A stretch of DNA of 62,048 bases, filler included. It is 8 parts of 8 records of this genome, joined end to end, with 100 filler letters (N's around TTAATTAATTAA, not from the genome) between each part and the next. Parts side by side here need not be neighbours in the genome. Positions count along the whole stretch, not along the records: positions 36,249 to 45,639 come from SRR31147125_44444; positions 45,740 to 54,105 come from SRR31147125_44470; 6 more parts are not named here. One strand, written 5' to 3'. This document shows, piece by piece, positions 41,114-49,865 of the stretch. How positions within the stretch are numbered: position 1 is the first letter of the stretch; every line of letters starts with the position of its first letter. Under the pieces are notes generated by a model that was not told the DNA's origin, ran no database searches, and was given only the letters and a program-made list of their open reading frames with translations. The translations under genes and the position numbers were made by a program.

Positions 41114-41172
41114 TTTACAAACTCGGCATAATATGTTATGTTTAAGTAAACCCAAGTAAAAAGGTCGGATAT
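41114..41172 (+). promoter_or_regulatory. isc operon promoter and IscR type-1-like operator
   Basis: TTTACA-17-TATGTT with extended TG. The 25-mer at 41148-41172 reads ATATCCGACCTTTTTACTTGGGTTT on the minus strand and resembles IscR type-1 sites. Confidence 0.6.
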
Positions 41173-41187
41173 GTCTGGGAGTGGAAA

Positions 41188-41610
41188 ATGGTTAGAATAT
41201 CGACAAAAGGAAGATATGGTCTTAACGCGGTTTTTGAACTGGCAAGTTCTAGTGAAAATCGCCCCCTTTCGATAAAACAGATATCGGAGAGCACAAACAT
41301 ACCCCTACCCTATCTTGAGCAGATACTTATAAAGCTGCGCAAAGAAGGATATGTAACCAGCACTCGCGGAGCAAAGGGCGGATATTCTTTATCAGAGGAA
41401 CCAAAGGATATAAACGTATATGAGCTTTTGCTCATATTGGAAGGCGAGATATTGCCTATCCACTGTAAGCACGGCGGAAACTGTAGTAGCAACAGTAAAA
41501 ATGAACATTGCTGTGCGGGAGAAATAGTCTGGAATAAAATAAACAAAGCGGTTAAGGACGCAATAGGTAACTATAGTATTCAGGACTTAATAGATGACTT
41601 TAAAAAATAA
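41188..41610 (+). CDS. iscR: Rrf2 family regulator, IscR-like
   Basis: STKGRYGL, YLEQIL, STRGAKGGY, Cys cluster CKHGGNC...HCC. First gene before iscS-iscU. Confidence 0.8.
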   Translation: MVRISTKGRYGLNAVFELASSSENRPLSIKQISESTNIPLPYLEQILIKLRKEGYVTSTRGAKGGYSLSEEPKDINVYELLLILEGEILPIHCKHGGNCSSNSKNEHCCAGEIVWNKINKAVKDAIGNYSIQDLIDDFKK

Positions 41611-41627
41611 TTACATGAGGGACAATT

Positions 41628-42788
41628 ATGGAAAATAGATATGTATATTTAGATCATGCTGCAACTACACCGGTTCGCGAAGAGGTAATGGAGGCGATGA
41701 TGCCGTACTTTACCCAAAATTTCGGCAACACCTTAAGCGTACACAAATGGGGTCGAGATGCCAGAATAGCTGTAGATAAAGCAAGAGAGCAAGTAGCAAA
41801 AGCCATCAACTGCCCTGTCAATAATGTATATTTTACGGCAGGTGCAACAGAAAGCGACAACTGGGCAATAAAAGGATATGCCAAAGCAAACAAGAAAAAG
41901 GGCAATCACATTATTACATCCCAAGTAGAGCATCATGCAGTGCTCCACACATGTGAGACACTGGAAAAAGAAGGCTTTGATGTTACCTATCTGCCGGTTG
42001 ACGAATACGGCAGCATTCGTATAGAGGATTTAAAAAACGCTATTACAGATAAAACTATATTAGTTACCATTATGATGGCTAACAACGAAATCGGAACTAT
42101 TATGCCCGTTAAGCAAATCGGAGAGGTGTGCAAAGAGCACAACATCCCCTTCCACTGCGACGCAGTACAGGCTGTAGGCAAAGTTCCAATCGACGTTGAG
42201 GAAATGAATATATCTATGCTTGCAATTTCAGCACATAAGTTTTACGGTCCAAAGGGCGTAGGTGCAATGTACATACGCAAAGGCATAAGATTAGAAAGGC
42301 TGATTGAAGGCGGCGCACATGAGAAAAACCGTCGGGCCGGCACTCTTAATCACGCAGGCATTGTAGGCATGGGCAAGGCAATAGAATTGGCTGTTGCGGA
42401 TATGGAAAAAGAAAGCGCAAGGTTAGTCCAATTACGTGATGCTTTGATAAAGGGCATGACAGAGCGCATATCCGATGTAAGATTAAACGGTCACCCCACA
42501 GATAGACTTTGCAATAACGTAAATTTGTCATATAGGTATGTGGAAGGTGAAGCGTTGTTATTAAGTCTGGATATGCTGGGCATCGGTGTATCGTCCGGCT
42601 CTGCCTGCACATCGGGTTCGCTGGATCCGTCACATGTTCTTTTGGCAATCGGGCTGCCCCACGAAATAGCCCACGGCAGCGTAAGGTATACATTTGGACG
42701 AATGAACACCATGGAAGATGTTGAATATACGATAGATTGTATGGTAAAAATAGTAGAGCGACTAAGAGCTATGTCGCCACTAGGATAA
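41628..42788 (+). CDS. iscS: Cysteine desulfurase (IscS/NifS type)
   Basis: Motifs YLDHAATTP, GATESDN, EHHAV, SAHKFYGPKG, SSGSACTSG. Confidence 0.95.
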   Translation: MENRYVYLDHAATTPVREEVMEAMMPYFTQNFGNTLSVHKWGRDARIAVDKAREQVAKAINCPVNNVYFTAGATESDNWAIKGYAKANKKKGNHIITSQVEHHAVLHTCETLEKEGFDVTYLPVDEYGSIRIEDLKNAITDKTILVTIMMANNEIGTIMPVKQIGEVCKEHNIPFHCDAVQAVGKVPIDVEEMNISMLAISAHKFYGPKGVGAMYIRKGIRLERLIEGGAHEKNRRAGTLNHAGIVGMGKAIELAVADMEKESARLVQLRDALIKGMTERISDVRLNGHPTDRLCNNVNLSYRYVEGEALLLSLDMLGIGVSSGSACTSGSLDPSHVLLAIGLPHEIAHGSVRYTFGRMNTMEDVEYTIDCMVKIVERLRAMSPLG

Positions 42789-42800
42789 AGGAGTGAAATT

Positions 42801-43181
42801 ATGAGTGATATGTACAGCAAGAACGTTATGGATCATTTTGCAAATCCGAGAAACGTTGGAGAAATAGATGACGCCAATGGCGTAGGCACAGTTGGCAACG
42901 CAAAATGCGGCGATATTATGCAGTTTTACATAAAAGTAGAAGATGACAAAATAATTGATGTAAAGTTCAAAACTTTTGGCTGTGCCGCAGCCATAGCAAC
43001 ATCATCGGCAGCTACTGAGATGATTAAAGGCATGTCAATAGATGAAGCATTAAAATTCACCAACAAAATGGTGATAGAAAAACTGGGCGGACTGCCTCCT
43101 TCTAAAATTCACTGTTCGGTGTTAGCAGAGGAAGCATTGCTTGAGGCAATTAAGGACTATAAAGAAAAACATAGTAAATAA
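42801..43181 (+). CDS. iscU: Fe-S scaffold protein (IscU/NifU-N)
   Basis: Motifs HFANPRNVG, CGD, FKTFGC, LPPSKIHCS. Confidence 0.95.
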   Translation: MSDMYSKNVMDHFANPRNVGEIDDANGVGTVGNAKCGDIMQFYIKVEDDKIIDVKFKTFGCAAAIATSSAATEMIKGMSIDEALKFTNKMVIEKLGGLPPSKIHCSVLAEEALLEAIKDYKEKHSK

Positions 43182-43216
43182 CCTAACCTTAAATGACCTT
43201 AGATTTTGACATAAGC

Positions 43217-43260
43217 GGGGGTGTTCCAGATTGTTTTACAAACAATTTCGGGACACCCCT
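43217..43260. terminator. Long hairpin downstream of iscU
   Basis: GGGGTGTTCC-AG-ATTGTTT-TAC-AAACAAT-TTC-GGGACACCCC. Confidence 0.65.
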
Positions 43261-43261
43261 C

Positions 43262-43521
43262 ATAACTAAATACATTAATAAAAGTCTTTGCCGCATGAGA
43301 CAGCGGTTTTTCTCTGCAGCCAATCCTATCTCCCTTGGCTTTGGCGGCGGCGATACAGGAATTTGTTTTAGTGTGCCGTTTTTCAATTCCTCAAAAATAA
43401 ACTCTTTTATAACGCAGGCAACACCTATTCCAATTTTTGTAAACTCAACTAAAAAGTCCATACTGCCTATTTCTATCTCCGGTTTTACTGCTATGTTATT
43501 ATCCAACAAGAATCCGTCGAA
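43262..43521 (-). pseudogene. C-terminal remnant of a LysR-type regulator substrate-binding domain
   Basis: KPEIEIGSMDFLVEFTKIGIGVACV..EFIFEELKNGTL...REIGL. No HTH or recognisable upstream part, and the tail appears frameshifted. Confidence 0.7.
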
Positions 43522-43688
43522 AGTGTTTTGGATGCAGGCGGCATCGTAAATTACAAGCGTGAGGTCAAGAAATAATCATATTAAGAACGGTTCTTTTGCT
43601 GCATCTTTTACCGAGTATAACCTGCTTCATACTTAAAATCAATCATATTGCATTATGTATGCGAATAAAAATTTAAAAGGAGGTTATT

Positions 43689-44120
43689 ATGAGCGAATTT
43701 AACTTAAGTGTTTTTCTATTAGGATGTTTAGGAGGAATAGTACCTGAGGTTATAAGGTTTACAAAGAATTACGAAGATATTAAAAACAATGAATATTATA
43801 AAGAGCCTATGTATTATATCAGCTTATTATGCTTAAGTCTTTTAGGCGGACTAATCGTTTGGCTGCTGGAAGTGAAGGAATATTTACCGGCAGTACTCTG
43901 CGGCTTTTCAGCTCCGGAGATATTTACCAGACTTGCAGCCCAAAACATAGAGGAGGTTATTGAAAGAGAATTAAGCGAATATGAAGTAGCCCAAATTGCT
44001 GCAGATGAAGAAGAAAATGATGATGAGCCTGTAGATGCAGAAGAAAAATATGAAAAGACAATAAATATCGTCCCAAGAGATAAACTGTCATTTAATTTCC
44101 GTTCCTGGTGGGCACGTTAA
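43689..44120 (+). CDS. Hypothetical small membrane protein with acidic C-terminal tail
   Basis: Strong AAGGAGG RBS, three short hydrophobic segments, acidic tail (DEEENDDEPVDAEE), own terminator. Confidence 0.8.
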   Translation: MSEFNLSVFLLGCLGGIVPEVIRFTKNYEDIKNNEYYKEPMYYISLLCLSLLGGLIVWLLEVKEYLPAVLCGFSAPEIFTRLAAQNIEEVIERELSEYEVAQIAADEEENDDEPVDAEEKYEKTINIVPRDKLSFNFRSWWAR

Positions 44121-44185
44121 ACAAATATTCAACCAGTAGTGAAAACGTCTATTCCAATTCAACTAAATTATACTATCTAATTATG

Positions 44186-44214
44186 AGCTATCTGCTCTTA
44201 GTGGATAGTTTTTT
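44186..44214 (+). terminator. Intrinsic terminator
   Basis: GCTATCTGCT-CTT-AGTGGATAGT followed by a T run. Confidence 0.65.
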
Positions 44215-44239
44215 CTATAAATGAAATAAAGATAGTGAT

Positions 44240-44268
44240 TTGTCATGTACTAATATAAATGCTATACT
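44240..44268 (+). promoter_or_regulatory. sigmaA promoter of the luxE-like operon
   Basis: TTGTCA-17-TATACT with extended TG. Confidence 0.7.
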
Positions 44269-44292
44269 TTTATGGTACAAAGGAGAATTCTG

Positions 44293-45413
44293 ATGAATTA
44301 TCGGCGAAAACTTTTTTCACATTCTAATCCATATGATATTGATAAAACAAAAGATGTCTTTTTTAGCGCCGTCAAGGAAAACCTCCGCTTTCATAAAGAA
44401 AACTGCAAAGAATATGAAGAAATTTTAAATGCACAAAGTTTTAAAATCAGCCAGCTGAAAACAGAAGATGATTTATATAAAATCCCGCCTATACCTACAT
44501 TATATTTAAAACGCAACCTACTGCTTTCCATGCCGGAGGATAAAATGGTAATCAAAGCTGAATCCTCAGGGACAAAGGGTAAGCACAGTGTAATAGGCTT
44601 CGACAGGGCAAGTTTGTTTTATGGAATTTTAATGATGTTCAGATTCTTTTCATACCATAAAGTGATTTCAATACTGCCTGCAAACTACGTAGTTTTGGGA
44701 TATGAGCCAAGCAGCCACACTGATATGGGAGCTATTAAAACCGCATACGGTACGACAAAGTTTGCTCCCGCCCTTCACAGGGAATACGCCCTGAAGGACA
44801 GCGGAGAAGGCTATGAACTAAACGTTGAAGGGATAAAAAAAGCGTTAATAAGATATTCCAAACAGCCATTTCCTGTGCGCTTTGTAGGATTCCCTTCCTA
44901 TATGTATTTTCTAGCCAAGACGTTGAAAGAAGACAATATTAAGCTAAAACTTAATCCTAAGTCAAAAGTACTGTTAGGCGGCGGATGGAAACAATTCTCC
45001 AAAGAGGAGATCAATACCCATGACTTTTACAATTTAATTGAAGAAACTTTGGGGATAAAAAAAGAAAATTGTCTGGAATTTTACAGCGCTGTGGAGCACC
45101 CTTTACCCTACTGCAAATGCGAAAACGGACACTTTCATGTGCCTATTTACAGCCGAGCTATAATAAGGGATGTAAACACTCTGGAGCCTTTAGAAAAGGG
45201 CAAATTAGGACTGCTTAGTTTTGTTTCTCCGTTGGTTTCAAGCGTTCCTATAGTAAGCATCATGACGGATGATTTAGCCATACTGCACGATAGTACAGAA
45301 TGCGGATGCAAAATAAAAACTCCGTTTTTGAGTTGAAAGGACGAGCTGGAGTAAGTCAGATAAAAACCTGCACTACAGATGCAGCAGAATTGCTAAAAGG
45401 TATAAAAAAATGA
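44293..45413 (+). CDS. LuxE-like acyl-protein synthetase (frameshift at T-run 45325-45329)
   Basis: Motifs SSGTKG, GFP, GGGWK, YSAVEH, FHVP, TDDLA, CGC. Adding one T extends the frame to ...PFFELKGRAGVSQIKTC...KK*, overlapping the next ATG (ATGA). Start placed after AGGAG. Confidence 0.85.
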
Positions 45414-45639
45414 ATTTGATATCCGGTAAACTAATAAATAAAGAACAGAGCGAAAGACAACTTGCCAAATTAGGAGAGCTAATAATAAGCACTCAGCAGC
45501 AGGGGGAATTATCCGCGGATACTGTCATTTCTGCCTGCCAGAAATTATCCGATATATTAAATGATGATGAATATTTGCCTCTGCTCGTTGGGCTTGGAAT
45601 GCCCGAATACAAAGCAAAGACCGAGCTTATGGCTGTTAA
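45410..45639 (+). CDS. Probable LuxC-like acyl-CoA reductase, N-terminal fragment
   Basis: Translationally coupled to the luxE-like gene. Only about 76 aa are visible, so the call rests mainly on context. Confidence 0.55.
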
Positions 45640-45739
45640 NNNNNNNNNNNNNNNNNNNNNNNNNNNNNNNNNNNNNNNNNNNNTTAATTAATTAANNNNN
45701 NNNNNNNNNNNNNNNNNNNNNNNNNNNNNNNNNNNNNNN

Positions 45740-47602
45740 GTGCTTTGGTGTAAGTGGTTTCTGGTTATTAATATTATCGTACAGTAACTCGGTATTAATA
45801 AAGGCATAGTTTAAATAGAGTTTAAAATCATTGTAAGTTAGTTTAATGTTGGTTTCAAAGCCTGAGCTTAAAATATTTCCATCAGCACTTTCATAATATG
45901 CCAAATTTGTATTGTCGTTTTCTCGTAATACTAGAGCATTTTTAAGTTGAGTAAGAAAAAAGAGTTGATTAATAGAAAAAGTCATCTTATCACCCAATAC
46001 TGTTTTGTAGTTAATGTCAAAGTTACCACCAATAGAGGTTTCAGCATCTAACTGGTCAGTTGAAAGTGGCAGTATTCCCCTATAATATCGTTTCTCGGCA
46101 TCCTCGGTGAAGATAGTTGGTAGCTTGTAGCCCATTGCACCACCAAGACGTGAACTTAACTTACTATTTACTTTATATAAAATAGAGAACCTAGGTAACA
46201 CAAAAGCACCATACTCAGCATTGTAGTCGGTTCTTAATCCTGTTTCTAATATGAGCTTTTCGCTAAATTCAGTTGTGTTTTGCACAAAGCCTCCAATGGT
46301 ATTATGCGTATAGTCTGTTGATGGGAGCGAATCTGTGTTTTCCTCGCTGAATTGTTCGAAATAATGGTTTAGCCCAAATTGCCATTCTGTTTTGGGTTTA
46401 TTGTGTAAGTTGTACAATGCCTCCGAAAAACTTGAAAGTTGATTGCCGTCAAAACGATAATCGGGTATAGAAAGTTGTCTGTCAAAATATGAGATACTAT
46501 TTTTAAATGTAATTGTTCTGCTATCCTTTGTATTTCTGAGATTAAATAGTGTGGCATAACGTTCTGATTTATTTTCCTCAGTAAATACATGTTCCGCACT
46601 TGTATTTCCTTTAATCACCTCCATGTCTCCGCCAATTCTATTGTCTATTGTTGAATTTAAACCAACACTCATTTCAGTATTGGGATTTATATAATAATAT
46701 AACTTTGGGTTAAGGCTGAACGTTTGAGCATCTGGCATGTTTGAAAATCCATCGTTATCAGGGTCAAAAGCAATTTGATTGCTTACAGAACCATATACTG
46801 AAAGTCCCAATTTACCATACTTCTGAGCATAGAATATATTACCAGTTGTACCTAATGCACTGGTTTGATTCAACATAATATCAAGTTTAGGCTTATCGTC
46901 AGGTTTAATGGTTACCAGGTTTACTAAACCAGCAATTGCCCCGCCACCATAAAGAGTCGAATTACTTCCTTTGATTAGTTCAACCTGTTTTAAATCAAGT
47001 GGCGGTATTTGCATAATAGAAAGTCCCCCTGCAAAACCACCATAAAGGGGCAAGCCATCTTTTAATATTTGCGTATATCTACCATCCAGACCCTGAATAC
47101 GAATACTCATATTTCCTGAGCTCAACGATGTTTGCTGCATTTGCACTCCGGTGGTTTCCCTTAAAAGCATTCCAATATTGCTTGAGTTCATGGCAGCTTT
47201 TTCTCCCAACTCTTCGCCAGTAATTGCTTCAACACGTGTTGGAATATCTTCAATTGTTCTTGATGAACGGGTAGCTGCAACAATTACCTCTTCTAATTCT
47301 TCTCCTTCTTCCAGTTCAATTTCAATTGTTTTATTATTGCTTTCCGGAAAGTTCAGCTTGACTTCAGCTTCTTCATAGCCTACAAAAGAAATTACAAACT
47401 CATAATCTCCATTGGGGAGATTATCAAATTTAGCTATTCCATCGTTATTTGTAATTGTACCATTAGTTGTTCCTTCGATTACAACACTTGCCCCAATTAA
47501 AGCCTCGCCTGATTCTTCCTTCACTTCAAAAGTTACACTGTTTTGTGCCAACAATATGCCAGGTGTAAACAGTAATAGAATTGCTAAAATAAAATTTCTC
47601 AT
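45740..47602 (-). CDS. TonB-dependent receptor with N-terminal carboxypeptidase-regulatory-like domain, 3'-truncated
   Basis: Signal peptide, LIGASVVIEGTTNGTITNNDG, EEVIVAATR, plug IRIQGLDGRYTQILKDG, VELIKGSNSTLYGGGAIAGLVN. Confidence 0.93.
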
Positions 47603-47650
47603 AGTGTATAGTTTTACAATATTATTTTGCAAAACTATAGTAGAAATGCA

Positions 47651-47665
47651 TGCAACAGTAGTGCA
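47651..47665. promoter_or_regulatory. Putative Fur/Zur-family operator upstream of the TonB receptor
   Basis: Imperfect palindrome TGCAAC-AGT-AGTGCA immediately after the regulator gene. Confidence 0.5.
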
Positions 47666-47671
47666 AAGGTT

Positions 47672-48091
47672 TTACATGCAATTGGAACAAATGCCTTTAA
47701 CAACGAAATTGGCGCTCTCGTATGAGAAGTCATCGGGTAAATCCATTTTGGGTACTGGCATATCACGCAAACAATGCGTTTGTCCACATGTATTGCACAA
47801 AAAGTGAACGTGTAAATCATCGGGGTCACATGTGCAGCCTTCATCACACAGAGCGTATTTTACTGCACCTGTACCATCGTCGATGCTATGAATTAAGTAA
47901 TTATCCTGAAAAGTTTTGAGAGTACGGAAAATTGTAGAACGTTCTACATTATCGAACTGCTGTTCAATCTCATAAAGACTTAATGCTTTCTTGTTTTTCT
48001 CCAGCACTTCATAAACCAACTCACGCATGGCGGTGGGTTTAATATTTCTTTGCTGTAGTTTTTTGTCTATTTCAGCTTTCATTTTTTCCAA
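47672..48091 (-). CDS. Fur family transcriptional regulator (Zur-like)
   Basis: IKPTAMR, RSTIFRTL, HVHFLCNTCG, C-terminal CSNC. Confidence 0.9.
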   Translation of the reverse strand: MEKMKAEIDKKLQQRNIKPTAMRELVYEVLEKNKKALSLYEIEQQFDNVERSTIFRTLKTFQDNYLIHSIDDGTGAVKYALCDEGCTCDPDDLHVHFLCNTCGQTHCLRDMPVPKMDLPDDFSYESANFVVKGICSNCM

Positions 48092-48106
48092 ATTACATTA
48101 TTCTTT

Positions 48107-48565
48107 TTACTTCCTATAATACTTATCAAATGTATCTTCATTTTTAAAGTAAACAATTAGGTTGCTTCCCTTTTCTTTTAACCCAATTATTGCCTCAGCT
48201 TTAAAAATAGTATCTTTTGAAAAGGCATCTGTGGTCGATGAAACTGCAGAAAAGTGCTCTACTAAATGGTCGAAACAGTGTTGGCTGCAAAAGTTATAAA
48301 GTTTGTTCCTATATTCCACTTTTGAAGACTTGTGCAACTGTAAGTTATTACCGTTCATGCAAATCCATTCCCTGGGAATTGGTTTTCCATACCATGCCCA
48401 TTTACGGTATAAAAATCTGGTTTCGCAACGATAGGTATAAAATATAAGAACAGTAACTACTGAAACCACCAAAAAAAAGAAACTAATTTTCAATATCCGG
48501 TAAAACTTTTTGTCTTCCTGAGCCTGTTTCAATTTGAGCTGTTGTTTTGAAATTTTTTTGCTCAT
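48107..48565 (-). CDS. Membrane-anchored YHS/TRASH-like putative metal-binding protein
   Basis: One TM, then ICMNGN...VEYRNKLYNFCSQHC, then a second degenerate unit (DAFSKDTI...IVYFKNEDTF). Confidence 0.6.
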   Translation of the reverse strand: MSKKISKQQLKLKQAQEDKKFYRILKISFFFLVVSVVTVLIFYTYRCETRFLYRKWAWYGKPIPREWICMNGNNLQLHKSSKVEYRNKLYNFCSQHCFDHLVEHFSAVSSTTDAFSKDTIFKAEAIIGLKEKGSNLIVYFKNEDTFDKYYRK

Positions 48566-48612
48566 TACTCATGCTAATATTGTTATTCAGTATTTTGTCC
48601 AGAAAATGTATG

Positions 48613-48642
48613 TGAGGTTGTCTTTTTATTCAGACAACCTCA
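48613..48642 (-). terminator. Hairpin after the TolC-family gene
   Basis: TGAGGTTGTCT...AGACAACCTCA, an 11-bp perfect stem. Confidence 0.65.
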
Positions 48643-48675
48643 ATACACCTATTTTTTTGATTCGTTGACTTTGTT

Positions 48676-49860
48676 TTACAAGTCAACAGCAGTTAATTCT
48701 GCAAGCGCTTTTTGATAATCTCTTTCTGCTTCTAAAGTTCTGTTTAGTATTTCGTAATACAATCCAATTTCAACAATATAATCCAATATTGAAATTTGAC
48801 CTGCATCCAATGCTTTCTTTAGTAAATCGGTATTATTCGCCGTTTCCAGCGAATTGCGATATTGTTGGGCATTTTCCATCAAACCAATGGTGCGATTAAA
48901 TTGTAATTGAAGCTGCGCATAAAATTGCTGTTTTTTGTCGATTACATTTTTTTCGGCAGCCAAAACCTCTGCTTCCGCCTGTTTTACTTTATTTTTATTC
49001 GTCCACAACGGTATAGAAACACCTGTTGTAATTCCCTGGTAACGCTGACCGACAACTTTTTCACTCATGTATCCAACCGAAAATTCGGGCAAGTTTTGAG
49101 CCTTGTTTATGCTTACCTGTTTTTTACTAACCTCCACCGTTTGTTTTACATATGCCAATATTGGATTTTTTTGTTCGGCAATTAAAAACCAATCTTCAAA
49201 ATTCAATGGAATTGTGGGTTGAATAAAACTCGAATCTTCAACAGAAATATTATTTCCGCCGTTTAATCGTTTAAGTTGTTCTAAAATGGCAATGCGCTCT
49301 ACATTAATGCTCGAAATTTCCCCTTCAACAAGCGATAAATTTAGTTTTGCCTTATTATATTCTAAAACATTGGCATCGCCATTTTCGAATTGTTGTTTTA
49401 CCGAGTTTTCAATTATTTGAGCATGCTGCAGGCGTAACAACATTTCCTGATGGAGTGCATTATAATAGATAAGTTCAATAATATATTGTTTGGCTTCCAA
49501 TAAAATATTCATCCTTTCTGCTTTATACTGCCACTCTATCAAATTATTCTGCTCGTCCACCATATTGCCTTTCATTCCGGTGAGGGTTGCAATGTCAAAA
49601 GTTTGAGCGACACTAAAATCTGTTCTGTTTCCTATTTCGTTTGGGTTACCCCACAAATAGTTAAATCCAATCTCCAACTCAGATAGATTTTTTAGTGTAC
49701 TGTTTTGTAACTTTTGAGCATCGAATTTTGCGCTTAGCGATTTTAGTGTTGTATTGTTTTGTTCTATGGAGTCCAACACTATATCGATGTTACTTTGGCT
49801 ATAAACAATAGTACTTATTAGTATAGCCAGTATGCTTATTGTTAATTTTTTAATCCTCAT
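48676..49860 (-). CDS. TolC/CzcC-family outer-membrane efflux protein
   Basis: Signal peptide, helical OEP repeats, GVSIPLW. Directly follows the RND pump. Confidence 0.9.
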   Translation of the reverse strand: MRIKKLTISILAILISTIVYSQSNIDIVLDSIEQNNTTLKSLSAKFDAQKLQNSTLKNLSELEIGFNYLWGNPNEIGNRTDFSVAQTFDIATLTGMKGNMVDEQNNLIEWQYKAERMNILLEAKQYIIELIYYNALHQEMLLRLQHAQIIENSVKQQFENGDANVLEYNKAKLNLSLVEGEISSINVERIAILEQLKRLNGGNNISVEDSSFIQPTIPLNFEDWFLIAEQKNPILAYVKQTVEVSKKQVSINKAQNLPEFSVGYMSEKVVGQRYQGITTGVSIPLWTNKNKVKQAEAEVLAAEKNVIDKKQQFYAQLQLQFNRTIGLMENAQQYRNSLETANNTDLLKKALDAGQISILDYIVEIGLYYEILNRTLEAERDYQKALAELTAVDL

Positions 49861-49865
49861 AATTA

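Noticed and set aside
44293-45639. Bioluminescence operon
   Set aside because: No luxA/luxB/luxD visible, gene order differs from luxCDABE, and the context is anaerobic.
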